A DNA stretch of 64,000 bases from positions 1-64,000 of the forward strand of contig MU057635.1 of assembly GCA_013265495.1 (NCBI GenBank). The letters run 5' to 3'. The notes under the pieces were generated by a model that was given only the letters and a program-made list of their open reading frames with translations, ran no database searches and was not told the DNA's origin. Below are positions 14,091-27,200 of this stretch, piece by piece. Every line of letters starts with the position of its first letter. Within the stretch, counting starts at the first letter, position 1. The position numbers were made by a program, and so were the translations under genes. The stretch comes from Vicugna vicugna. Taxonomy: Eukaryota.

Positions 14091-14250
14091 GTTGGTTGTT
14101 TTTTTTTTAATTTCTCTTTATCCCCTTTTATTAGTGGTGGATGTAAGTAGGTTATTTATTCATTTATTTTAATGGAGATATTGGAGATTGAACCCAGACC
14201 TAGTACATGCTAAGCATGCACTCTACCACTGAGCTGTACCCTCTCCCCCT
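14091..14250 (-). mobile_element. tRNA-derived SINE (camelid Vic-1-like)
   Basis: Reverse strand reads ggggagagggtacagctcagtggtagagtgcatgcttagcatgtactaggtctgggttcaatctcc (A and B boxes) then aataaataacct and an A-rich tail; absent from the duplicate copy near 25830. Confidence 0.85.
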
Positions 14251-15689
14251 TGATGAGTTTGAAAATATGTACTTTTTGTTTTTGTACTTATAAAGCAATA
14301 ATTGCTTATCATGGAAAATGGGTGCATAAGACATAAAGAACAAGTTTTAATTTTTGCTTAACCCTAGTATTTTATAAAATTATAATAATGTATATATTGG
14401 AGTACCCTTCTTTTTCATAAAAATACTATATAACATGATTTGTCCTTTTTTAAATTGGGAACTTCTTTGTTTTAATGTCTGTATACATTCTAGGGCAAAA
14501 TATGTCACATAATATTTAAACTCTCCTCTAAGATCATAGCCAGCACAACCTTCCAGGGATTCTAGTTACATACAGCAGGACTCAGTTCTATTTGCATATG
14601 TCTGTGCTTAATTGTGTATTAAATGTAGGCAGGCCTCACTTTGAATATGCTGTGGTCACAGAGTTCCATGCAAAGCAAAGACACATTTCCAGGTTCCGCC
14701 AGTTTCATTTATAGGAGATCACAGAGAGTGAGGGCTGCCTGCATTAATGTATCAGTGGTTTCCTTTTTCTTAACTATAAAACTGACATTATGATGAAAAT
14801 CTTCACCCAAGTTTCTATTTTCAGCATATGCTGAAAAGTAGACTGAGTAAAAGTGTCCATTTCTAAGGCTCCTAAAAACATAATGTTAAGTTAATTTCTA
14901 GAAAAAAATGTATTATTATTTTTCCTGACATCATCAATGTACAAAAAAGTGCCAGTCTTTGAACTCTCTTAAATATAATACCCAAAACAGTATTTAATTC
15001 ATATTTTTATTACCAAGAGTTTTACTCACTAATTTTAACATTTTAAAATTTTTATCAATTTTCTATTCATAGCCTTCAACATGTTGTTATTTGAATGATT
15101 TCTATGAACTTATATTTTGGTACTGTCTCCACTTTGTCTTATTTGTAGCAAAACCTTTTGTCAACTTGTTGGGTGCTGCTTAATTTTAAATTATTTTATG
15201 ATCAAATTCAAGTGACTTCTATTGTGAATTTCTTTCACTGCTATTAAGCTGAGAGACATCCTTTCGCATTGCTGAAGTATTTCAGTTATTTCAGTTCTGA
15301 TCAACACGGAATTTTTTTCAGTGACTGACTCACAGTTGAGAGTATGCAGGGCATGTCAGTTCTTTAGAGGGGCAGTGGTTGGCAAAAGGAAATTCCAGTA
15401 GGAATAGGAGTCTGTATTTAGATATCTTTGTTGGAAAACTATGTTACATTATGGACACTGGGATGATGCAAAAATAAATGTTTTTAGAAGTGTTGATAAT
15501 TAAACAGCATTAATGCCCCTAGGTTACATGATTTCCTCCTCATTTATAGGCCACCACCTTTCTGGCAAAAAAAAATTAAGTCACCTGTACATTTCATCCC
15601 TAATCTGCCCTCCCTAAAGCCTCCATTCCATACATCTTCTCTTAGTATCTGGGGACTGAACTATAGTGATACTACTATTTTAATTTTTG

Positions 15690-15850
15690 AAAAATTTTTA
15701 TTGACATGTAGTTAATTTACAATGTTAGTTTCAGGTCTACAGCAAAGTGATTCAGTTATGCATATGCATTTTCTTTTCAGATGTTCTTCCATTATATGTT
15801 ATTATAAGAAATTGAATACAGTTCCCTGTGCTATGCAGTAGGTCTATAGC
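15690..15850 (-). mobile_element. L1 3'UTR fragment
   Basis: tttttattgacatgtagttaatttacaatgttagtttcaggtctacagcaaagtgattcag...agttccctgtgctatgcagtaggt. Confidence 0.75.
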
Positions 15851-16514
15851 AGTATTACAAATAATAAAATATGTTTGAATATTTTCCAGTAATTTACAGT
15901 AAATATTTATCATGTGTATGGCCATATTCAATTGTTTGTTTTTATGTATATGTATGCATATAGCTCATAAATTGAACCAGTATATACATAATTTCTGGGT
16001 TGAAAATATTGGATAGCTAGAAATATCTGGTTTGTATTCTCCTGAGATAAATTTGAAAGGGAAAAATAATGAATATAGAATTTCTCTACTAGGAATTAAA
16101 GTGTGTTTTAAATCTACATAAATTACAAGAATTTAACTTAAAATACTTATAGATTGGTCAAAGAAGAAATTAAAAGATTCATTCGTTGTACAGAGAAGAT
16201 AACATCACAAGTTAGTGGGAAAATAAAGCATTGCTTAATAAACAGCAGTGGAAAATGGGTTAAAATGTGAGAAAAAGGTTATATGTAATATTACAACATA
16301 CAACAACATTGTATCTCAAATATTCAAGATACTTCTGTAAAATATGGCTGTGAAAATACTTAACTAATGTATGTCCCTCACTGGTTAAATATACATATAT
16401 TTGAATTCTTCTGTTCCATTTTAAAAATTCCTTTCCTAAGAATTTCAGTTGAGACAACAAAGAAGCTAATAATCTTAAATACTATTTTCTAACATTAATA
16501 AAGTTACAATGAAT

Positions 16515-17275
16515 GAATGTAACAAAGCAGGGAGATTCTGAAGGCAAATTAGTGGCTACAAATGGGGAAAGGACAGGGGGAGGAGTAAGACAGGGCTATG
16601 AGATCAGAGGTACAAACTACTATGCATAAAATAAATAAGTTGCAGGAAAATATTGTACAGCACAAGGAATATAGTGGAGATTTTACTATCACTTTCTTTT
16701 TTTCAAATTAAAGTATATTCAGATTACAATGTGTCAATCTCTGGTGTACAGCATAATGTCCCAGTCATACATATACATACATATATTCATTTTCATATTC
16801 TTTTTCACTAAAAGTTATTACAAGTTATTGACTATAGTTTCCTGTGCTGTAAAGAAGAAACTTGGTTTTTATCTATTTTTACATATAGTAGTTATTAGTT
16901 ACAAATCTCAAACTCCCAAATTTATCCTCTCCCATCCTCATTTCCCCCAGGAAACATGATTGCTTACTATGTCTGTTTCCATTTTGTATACTACTCAGCC
17001 ATAAAAAAAGAATAAAATAACGCCATTTGAAGCAACATGTGTGGAGCTGGGGATCATCATTCTAAGTAAAGTAAGCCAGAAAGAGGAAGAAATTATCGTA
17101 TTATATCACTCGTATCTGTAATTAAAAAAAGAAAAAAGGAGACACTAATGAACTCATATACAATAACTTTAAATGGAGTATAATCCATAAAAACATTGAA
17201 TCACTAAGTTGTACACCTGAAACTAATATAATACTGTAAATCAATTGTACTTCAATTAAAAAAAAAAAGGAAAAA
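16515..17275 (+). mobile_element. Older L1 3' end containing a nested, 5'-inverted L1 (16696-17160)
   Basis: Outer 3'UTR breaks near 16695 and resumes near 17170, ending in poly-A near 17270. Inner element: poly-T plus minus-strand 3'UTR 16696-16990 and a plus-strand segment 16991-17160. Degenerate TSD tactatcacttt/tacaataacttt. Confidence 0.75.
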
Positions 17276-19186
17276 GAAAGGTACAGTGAAATGTTTACTC
17301 TCAAACATTACTAGTCATAAGTGTACATGGTTGATGACTTCTGGAGAAAAATTTACCCACAGAAAAATTTAGCACTTTAGTCAGCATTTCCACATTTAGG
17401 AATCTATCCTAAAGGAAAAATCAGAAAGATATATACATAGATATATTAGACAATCATAAAAACAAACAGGATAAATATGATAGAATAATGGTTTCTGAGA
17501 TAAACAAATAAAAAATATATCAAATGCAGAGAGAAGTTCTCTTTTAGAAAGAAATTACAAATAAATTGTACTTTTATTCAAAATTGAAATTACATTTTGT
17601 TCCAAAATTGAAATAGCTTTCAGTATTTTCAATTTTATTTTCTACAACTGATATGTAATATTTTTATAATTAAGTTTAAGTATGATTTGATATTGTGTAT
17701 TACACTACATTAAAAATTATGTTCACTAAAAATTTAGTCTGTATGAAAAAACAAACATTATACTATCAATTAAAAAATCAATATTCAAACTTGTATATGG
17801 CATAATATTCCAACTGTGTCTTATTAACTATAAGAGTATATAAGCGTATCAATTTATTGAAAAAATATAACAAATACATGCAAGAATTTTCCTTTGGTTT
17901 AGGACATATCATTGGTAAATGCTACTTTCTCACATCTGTCCCCAAATTTATTTATCTATAGTGAAAATATTCAATAGAATCAGCCTTATTCAATTAACTG
18001 AGACTTAAGAATGAAGTCCAATTTTCTAAAACTCAGGTCATCAGGATGATTTTTTGGAAATTAATTTGAACACATTACAGTAAATTTAGACATTGGTTCA
18101 TATAAGCACTTAGTACTATGGTCTTAGTTAAAAACAGAGTGCACAATATTAGAATACAAACATTTAAAGCAGTTTAAAGAAAATTAAATCAGTTTTTCAA
18201 TGTGCAATCATCTGGTTGACCACTAATGCACATACAATGTGAATGATTCACATATCTATTTATATACACTTCTATACTATTGATTTTCTCAATTGAAAAT
18301 TTGAGAACGACTAGAATAGTGTTATCTAGAAAATAATGTTTCACAGATAGATTTATAAGCCAAAATAAACATTGGGTTTTCTCTTCCAGAGAGATGGGTA
18401 GACATTTATTCATCTGTATATTGTTTCAAGGAAATTTTTCTATCTACAGGTCAATTGATAGACTCTATTAACTCTTGATAAAGTAGACCTGAGTCAGAGC
18501 TACTACATGAAAAGTACAACTAGAATACCATTGTACTTTTCGATGACTGAATTGGATCCATATCCCTGGAAACTCATGGAGACATTGACGATTTATTTTC
18601 AATGTTGAGGAGCATAATCCAGTATTTACAAACAGACAAACAGTTTCTCAGGATACCTATGATGTGAGTTGGGGAAAAAATTAAATTAAAGTTTAAAGCA
18701 TTGGGTGATCCATATATTTAAAATTTCCCCAAGATGAATCCAGAGATTACATGGGCACTGGAGTCATTGTTCTATATCAGAGATTGAATAAGAAATTAGA
18801 TCATAACATTTCTAAAAAATGAAGTGTAAAACTTAATCACTCAGTTTAGAACCTCATGGTAGTTCTGCAGACCATTAAATTCAAATGAAATGAATTTCTA
18901 ATGTTACCAACAGAATGAGTTAATTATAATATTTACACTCAAATATGTAAAGATGTTAAATTGTTATATGGAATTACTGACTATTACTCAATTTATTTTC
19001 AGAGGTTCTCTATTAAAGAAACTATAATTTCATTTCAGCATTAAAGTTTGTATTAAAATAATTTGTCTTGAAGATATTAATTTTGAGGAGATTTTATGAA
19101 GACAAATTATGACTATAAAAGTCTAGGTTTTCTTTTGGAGGGAATCACTATGTTATTACAAATACTTAGTAATTACAAACAGATGG

Positions 19187-20133
19187 CTAAAGTGCAATTC
19201 TATGAAAGGGATTTCCTTTAATCATTTGCTTCATGGCAGAGATCACATGCTTATTCTGTAAACTGTAGATCAATGGGTTTAGCATTGGACTCAAAAAACT
19301 ATAAAAGACTGCAATTATTTTGGACTGCTTGACAGAATTCTCAGATGGGAGCCTTAAGTACATGCAAAAGAGGGTTCCATAAAATATAATGACTGTTGTC
19401 AGGTGGGAACCACAAGTAGAAAAGGCTTTGTGCCTGCCTTCCGTAGAGCTGATCCTCAAGATGCCGGCCATGATGAAAACGTAGGACAGGAGAATGATGA
19501 GGAGAGAGCTGCAGAGGGTAAAACCAGCAACTGCAAACATTGCCATCTTCTTGACTCGGGTGTCAGAGCAAGCCAGCATCATGAGAGGAGGGTCAGCACA
19601 GTAGAAATGGTTGATTTCATGGGAGCCACAGAAGGACAGGTGGAAAGTCAGCAGTGCCTGAGAGAGCCCATGAAGGAAGCTACAAGAGTAAGTGACAGTG
19701 ACTAGAGAGAGGCAGATGCTCTTGGACATCTTGCTGCTGTAATGTAAAGGGCTGCAAATGGCAACATAGTGATCCAACGCCATTGAAGCAAGGATATAAA
19801 GCTCTGTGATCACCATGGCAATGAAGAGCAGACACTGTATGAAGCATCCAGCATAGGAGATGGTCTTCTGGTCTGAGAGGAAATTGTACAGCATATTTGG
19901 AGTGATGTTGGATGAATAGTATATGTCTACAAAGGACAGGTGGCTGAGGAAGAAGTACATGGGGGTTTGGAGGTGGGCATTGGTCCTGATCAGCAACATC
20001 ATGCCCAGGTTCCCTGCCAGCATGACTAGGTAGATCATCAGAAACACCCCAACAGGGTCTTCTGTAACACTGAGTTGTCTGTGAGTCCCAGGAGAATGAA
20101 TTCTGTCACCAGAGTGTGGTTTGGGGAAGACAT
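19187..20133 (-). pseudogene. OR5M10: OR5M10/OR5M1-like olfactory receptor pseudogene (frameshift in TM1)
   Basis: ATG 20133 reads [27 protein letters not shown]; a 1-bp deletion near 20051 breaks LFGVF. The remaining 286-codon frame has [29 protein letters not shown] (DRY to DHY), [19 protein letters not shown] and [15 protein letters not shown]5M10 versus OR5M1 cannot be resolved by eye. Confidence 0.88.
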
Positions 20134-21539
20134 TTTTTATGCCTTAAAAACTGGAAGTGACAAAGAAAGTGAGGAGTGTTGTCTGATCCAGCTTCTGCAT
20201 TTATTCCATCCCTTTTATATTTACTCATTGGCCTATTAATCTATGATAAATCATGCTTTTCTTTCAACAAATACATCAAAATTTCTACACAAACATTTTT
20301 CCTGTATATCTGGCTTATCGCTGTCTTCTCTACAGCTCAGGCTCTCTTTCTCTCCCTTATGTGTATATTAATATAGGATTAATTCACTATTAATATGCAA
20401 TTATACTATATATGAATATACTCTAAGAATATTGCATATTTTAATACATACATTCATACATTTATACCTGTCTTCTTGGAGAACTTCACATTCGATAGTT
20501 TTTCAAACTCTGTGGGAAAAAAAGCCAAAGGAATGAAAATCAGTTATGAAAAGCATCAGGTCATTAGCATCACTCAAATGGACAAATGAAGGAGTTTGGG
20601 TTTCTAGGATCCCAGCAGCTCTGATAGCCTATTGTTCAGATACATACAGAAGATTCATGTTCAGTACAGCATTTTCACCTGAACCGCATTGCTGTCTGTC
20701 TTGATCTCAATCAAAGGATGTTGAATTGGTGAAATTTATCTCAACATATGGCTAAAAAGTTTCAGAATGAAGAATTTTTCTCTCTGCTTTTTGTGAATTC
20801 ACATACTCATTTATTCTTTTACACTGCAGAGATTGAATTGTTTTTTCCTGTTTTAGTGTCTGGTGTTACAGCAATGAACGAATCCCTCAACCTCATGGAG
20901 CATATATTGTAGGAGAAGGAATAGATGTTAAACTCACAGATACAGATATATCACACGACATCAGTTAGAAGTAAGTACAATGAAGAAAAATACAAGTGAG
21001 ATGCTTTTAGATTCAAGTTTTCCACATGGTGAAATATTAAACTCCACACATAAGAACAAAACATATATTTAATGAACAAATGACTTACCTGTAAAAGTGG
21101 ACCTACTATATTTTGGAAAAAACAATGTGGGAAGATTTATAATGTATTTCCTAAGTATATTCCCTAGGCTATTCTAAAAATCATCCTAGAAAACAATTAA
21201 AATTGTCTTTGATTCTCAAAAGCATAATGATAATTTGATTCTTTGGGAGCTAGACTCTCCTTTGAGGCCAAAATCACTGCATAACATATATTTACAGTGC
21301 TTCATACTAGGTGTGAAATATTTAGCACAGACAGAGTAGCCATTAATTTTAGTACCATGGGATGAAGAAAATATGAGTAGAGAAGTTTAGTTTTTAGATT
21401 ATAGTAAGGAAGAGGGAATTCCAACCATAAGCTTTGTTTATTAACACTAAGATGAGGTCACCTGATGAAATTGAGAAGTAGAAACATGAAGTATGAAAGA
21501 GATTTGAGGAGCAGAAAGTCTAGGAAAGCCACAGATTAG

Positions 21540-22460
21540 GGAAAAATACTCATATTCAGTAATTTTAACAAGGATTTCTATTCAGAATACATAAAGTCCC
21601 TCCACTGTTCACTGATCAAAATACAAACAGACTAATTTTTAACAAGTCTAAGATGTGAAGAGATACTTCATAAAAGAAAACATGAATATCCAATAACCAT
21701 ATGAAAAGAATATCAATATTTATAATTGTCAAGAAAATATAAATTATAACTACCTAGACATACCACTTCACAACCTCATCAATTAAAGAATTAAAAAATT
21801 GCCAAACTATTGACAATGACAATTTAAATAACTGTCATAATACATCACTTGATGAAGTGTAAAATAATTCAACTTCTTTGGAAAACAAGTTCCTTCTTCT
21901 AAAATTACTTAAAGTGTTTTAGTCCCTTATACAACTATGACCCAGAAAGTATTAGGTTTTTATCCAAGAACAAAGAATATATATATCCACAAAGAAACTC
22001 ACATGTTGGAAGATATATAGATAAACAAATTCTGATACATCCATATAATGGAACGCTACACAGAAATAAAAAATGAACAAAGCAATAATATAACTTAAAT
22101 GAATCTCAAAACCATTGTATTAGAAGGAGTTAACTTCTGAATGAAGTGTGATGGCCTCCCAAAATTTGCTCTTCCACGAACACACTGGCAAAACTTGTCA
22201 AAATTAACTTTTCAGAATTCTGAATAGTAACTGAAGGCTTGAAAAAATCCTAGGAGTATTTATTCAACTAAAAATATCAGAATCTCACTGAGTGAGTTTT
22301 GTGGGTTTTTTTTTTGCACCCTATTCCCACGCCCTCTCCCTACCCGTGTAGCAGCCTTGAAAACTTGATTTATGATTGCATGTCTGTGCACATTTGTCCA
22401 ACTGCATTAAACATTTCTACATTTTATTCTAAGTAAATTTACCTCACCAAAATTGATTTA
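21540..22460 (+). mobile_element. Ancient L1M fragments
   Basis: ttcagaatacataaag, agatacttcataaaagaaaa, gacataccacttcaca, acaactatgacccagaa, catataatggaacgctacacag: decayed L1 ORF2 end and 3'UTR. Confidence 0.65.
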
Positions 22461-22744
22461 AAGGTAAGTTTTACTTTCATCGAAGTCAAGCAGATCAAAT
22501 TATTCACTAGATGTTTAATACTGAAGTACTCTTAATATACAATAGAGGCACAATGTTATCAGGAATCTTCCTAGCTATATTAAAACAAGTCAGAAGCTAA
22601 GCATTGAAATCTCAGGTTTTCTTCAAGCTGATTCTTCACCTGAACAGTTTTTTGTTTTTTTTTTTTTAAATTACATCAAGAATGGAATTCAAAAAGCTAA
22701 CTGGCTTATCTCTGATCTCCACTCATTTACTTGTTTCCAGTATC

Positions 22745-22905
22745 AGGAAAGCCTGGAAGAAGATTGAGGAGGAGGAGGGATAAAAAGGGGAGGGGGAGGA
22801 GGAGGGGAGTGGAGGATGAGGGGAAGACAGAGGAGGAGGAGGAGACGAAGAAGGAGAAGAAGAAGGGGAAGGGGAAGTGAGAGGGAGGGGGAGAAAAGGA
22901 CTTAG
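22745..22905 (+). repeat. Polypurine (GGA/GAA-rich) low-complexity tract
   Basis: Directly visible G/A-rich run. Confidence 0.85.
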
Positions 22906-22974
22906 ATGAGAAGTTGTAAGTAGCAAATTGGAGTGGGCAAAAGGAATACTTAGGAGACTTCTTTCTGAACATTC

Positions 22975-23608
22975 ATGACTCTGCTCCTCACCAAGTCTTA
23001 ACTGCTCAGTGCCATGGATATGGTCAGCCCATGATCATCTGCATTACAACAGCAGAATGTCCAGGCCATTTTGCATTTGCCTGGTCACTCTCCCCTACCT
23101 CTAGGGGTCCATGGTGGCCACAGTGAAGGTGATACTGACCTCTTGCTTGTCTTTTTGTGGGCCCAACGCCATCAACCATTTCTACTGTGCTGACCAGCCC
23201 TCTTAATGTTAACGTGTTCTGACACTGAATGAAGCAAACTGCCCTGTTTCTGCCCACAGGGATTAACCTCACAGGTTCCCTCCTCATCATACTCATCTGT
23301 TACATTTCATTTTTATCACCATTATGAAGGTTTATTCCAATGAAAGGCAGAGCAAAGTCTTCTCCACCTGTGGCTCCCACCTGACAGCTGTCAGTGTGTT
23401 TTATAGAAACATGTATCCAAGACCACTAAATGAGCGATTTGTTGAACAAGTGAAAACTGTGGTAGCATTTGTATTTTTGTGGGTCCCAGGCTGAATCCAT
23501 TTCTCCATAGCCTTAGGAACAAGGATGTGAAACAGGCTTTAAGAAGAATGTTTATGAGAAACCTTGTTATAATGGAGAAAAACTCTATTTCAACAGGCTC
23601 CCAATTGA
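22975..23608 (+). pseudogene. 5'-truncated, heavily decayed OR5M pseudogene, paralog of 11453-12433
   Basis: Aligns by eye to ~11778-12433 (e.g. aaccatttctactgtgc, tctccacctgtggctcccac, aggaacaaggatgtgaaacag). It lacks TM1-TM2 and carries multiple indels and stops. Confidence 0.88.
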
Positions 23609-23646
23609 AAAAAAAAGTCTAAAACAATAAAAAAAAACTATCCCTT

Positions 23647-24213
23647 TGAGGTGGGAAGCCCCATAAAAAGACTAGCAGGACGCCTGGGCAGGGCCGCTGC
23701 TCTCCTCTTAGCACCATCCGGTTCCCTGGCCCAGAGGTTCTGTATCACTTTTTGACTCTAAAGTGACTAACTTACACCTAGAATTCTATTGGTTCCCTGA
23801 GCTCACTTTCCTTCACTCTTGATTGGTTAGTATTCTCACTTCTGATTGGTCATTACTCTCACTTCTGATTGGTTATTACTCTCACTTCTGATTGGTCCAC
23901 TTCCCTAACTTCTGATTGGTCCATTTATAGTACTTCATTTGCATGGAGCTCACTCCTGATTGGGCTATTTCTACAAAGCTTGTTCCTGGTTGGTCAATTT
24001 CTGTTGTACTTTATTTGCATATGATGTTGCAAAGTGTAAAACTGGCAGCCTATAAAAAGCCTGTGTAAACCTACAGATGGGGTCTAGAGCTTGAAGTGTT
24101 AACTCCTTTGGGCCCGATGGCATAGTAAGTCTGAGTTCTCCAACTCTGCTGCTTGGTCTCACCCGGATCCAGGATGCTGTCACAACTGAGCTGTAACACA
24201 TTTTTCTGCAACT
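23647..24213 (+). mobile_element. Solo ERV LTR (ERV1-like) with CCAAT array
   Basis: Starts TG; 4-bp TSD CCTT at 23643-23646 and 24214-24217; absent from the paralogous flank near 12475; seven ATTGG, two ATTTGCAT, TATAAAAA at 24051. The 3' terminus reads CT rather than CA. Confidence 0.8.
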
Positions 24214-27200
24214 CCTTTTAGATCTGCCTGAATGTAATTCTCTGGGATAACAGTCATACAATATATATATTTGCAGAGTTTGGGATCAGGTGAGTCTAAT
24301 TGAAATAATGAAAGAGAAAATTGTTTGGAAATGACAGTTGATGGAAGCATAGCATCAGAAATGAGCTGTTTATGCTTAAGCAAAGTCATTGTTTTAGTCT
24401 CACTCAAGAACTTATTCTGGTAGATTAATTAGCATAAAGTTTCTTCCTTTCACTACCTAGGTCAGCAATAATTAAGCCTGGCTGAGCCACCCTTACCAGC
24501 AAAGTCAAGTGTACTGCAATGTATTTTATGAATATGAAAATGATTTACTTTCACTGGATATATACATAGTCCCTTTCCTAGAAACTGATTTTCTCAAAAG
24601 AAACTCAAATCTCAAATTTTGATCATTTTTTTATTGCACTTTTGGTACATTTCTTAGTCTGTTTCTTTGGAATATAAAACTATATATGTTTCATTATTTC
24701 AACAAAGAACTTGATAGTGTATATTTTTTAATGATTCCACAATTTATTTCATTGGTTTCTTTCAACCAAAACAGATTCCTTTCTCAATAAAGGATACCCA
24801 ATTCTGATTTAGAATTTTCCTTTTTTAGAGAAGAGTTTTATATCATCTGTCCCTACAGCATTAGTAACTATTCTTATATTTTACATATTACCTTTCATTT
24901 CTTATCTTCCCACAAAGAGTTTTGACTTAGCTGCTGCTCAAGTACACGTGAAGATTAGGTTTTAGTGTTTTACAAATAAATAGCAGCATACGCATGTTCC
25001 AGATTGCCAGATATTCTTTGAAACTGGTCTTTATTGAAGAGCATAATATGGCTTCACATTGATATGTGACATTTTATGACATTACCTCCTTTTAAAATTT
25101 AGGGAGTTTTTAATTTTTTCCTTCCTTAAGAAAATCTTTAGCATATAAGTTATTATTTCTGATCATAAACTTTGTTAAGGCAGATTTCTAAAGTTTTATT
25201 TTTACTTCTCCTTATATTTATTTGTTTTTGGATGTAGTGATGTGTGAAATTACCAACAGTTAAGAGTACTCAAATTTTCCTACATCCTCAGTGAAACTCA
25301 TTCTGTTGAGAGTCTTCATTTCATTGTGTACATGTGTGAATATATAAGCAGATATAAATTCAACACAGAAAAAATTGATCCATCGACATTATTTATTGGA
25401 AATCAGCTTTAATGTGTGCCACTTCATCTCGATGTCATCGTATGCTAGGAAACTGACAATGATGTTTAAGCTTGAGGAGATGGGAAAAAAACCTTTATGG
25501 ATGAATTTTCTCTTGAGAAGTAAACTTCTGAATGAAAGAAAAATTTTGTTTTCCAGATTAAAACACTATGGATAGAGAATGATTTACTTGCCCCATCGCC
25601 TACATAACAAATATAAACTTATAGCTTTGTTTACAACCGAAGAAATTCAACCTATTCAGGAGCACAACAGTTTTAAGGGGGAAAATAATAGAAGCTTGAA
25701 TTAGAAGACACCTGGATGACCATTTGGTTCAACACTTTCATAGAACAGGTTTTGAAACTCTGCTTTTTCCTACTTTCACATTTAAATTCTAATAATAAAT
25801 AAAGACCCTTTAACTTTGCATCTTGGAATCTGGATGAATTGAAAATACGTAAGTTTTTGTTTGCTTGTTTTCTTGCCTATATAAGAAAGAATTGTTTATC
25901 ATGGAAAATCGGTACATGGATATAAAAAACAAGTTTTATGTTTCCTTAATTCTCATATATTACAAAGCTGTCGAACACTTCTTTTTCCAAAAAGAGCTAT
26001 GCAAAGTGATTTTCCCTTCCCTTAACTGGGATCTTCTTAATTTTACTGTCTATATATATTCTAATGCAAAATCTGTCACATAATATTCAAACTTTCCTCT
26101 ATGATCACAAGCAACACAGCTTTCCAGGGTTTCTAGTTACATACAGCCAACCTCAGTTCTATTTGCATATGTCTATGCCTAACTGTACTGAATGCAGGAA
26201 GACCCCACTTTGCACAGTATTGTGGCCATGCAGATCCACACAAAGCAAAGACATTTCCAAGTTCCACCAACTTCAGTTGCAGGAGATCGTGCCAAGTGAG
26301 GTCTGCCTGAATGAATACATCACTTCTTTCCTTCTTCTCAGCTATAAAACAAATATTACTATGAAAATTTTATCTACATTTCTTTGTATGCCTGCAACAC
26401 ATTTTTTAAAAAATAGAGCTTACAAAGTAAAATTTTTAAAATAGGACTTACAAAGTAAAAGTATAGAATGATTTTAAGACTTCTGAAAACAACATTAAAT
26501 TGATCTCCAGAAAAACTGTATATTATTATTTTTCCTGACACAAAGTATATAGTGCCAGTCATTTTGAACTCCCTTAAATATAGATACACAAAACAGTATG
26601 TAATTTCATATTTGTGATTATTAATAATTTTACTCATTGATTTCAGCATTTGGGGTTTTATTAATTTTTTATATTTAGCCTTCAACATTAATTTATATGA
26701 TAACATTTTTTGTACTTCATATGATTTCTATGAGCTTATCATACATTAAGTTTACTACTTTACTTTATCTGGGGCAAATACTTCACCAAGGTATTAGCTG
26801 TCTCTTTTACCATCAAATTTGACTGATTTTTCCACTGTGAATTTCTCCACTGCAGTGATGCTCAGAAATATTTCCTTCTGATTATTTAAAAACTTAAGAC
26901 ATATTTTAACTTGGATCAATATAGAATTTTTTCTCAGTTTTTTGAAATTACTCACAGTGGAGGAATATGTATATTTGGAGGACAAGTCCTGGCAAAGGAC
27001 AACATAGGGGTAAGAGTCTACATTTATACACTTTTGTGGGAAAATAATGTTGCATAATGGAAGTCTAATAAAAGGTAAAGTGCAAAAATAACTGATTGTG
27101 TAAAAAGTTAATAAATACACAGTATTAATGTACACAGGTTAAATGCTTTTCTCCTTGACTGTGGGTCACTTTACCAGCCAAAAATACTTAACTCTCCTAC

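Noticed and set aside
19187..20047. 286-aa ORF as an intact OR
   Set aside because: The N-terminus is out of frame because of the 1-bp deletion near 20051, and DRY is mutated.
23815..23925. Regularly spaced 23-bp repeats as a CRISPR-like array
   Set aside because: Eukaryotic DNA; the units are head-to-tail with no unique spacers and lie inside an LTR.
26402..26460. ~29-bp local tandem duplication (..cttacaaagtaaaa twice)
   Set aside because: Ordinary slippage in neutral AT-rich DNA.
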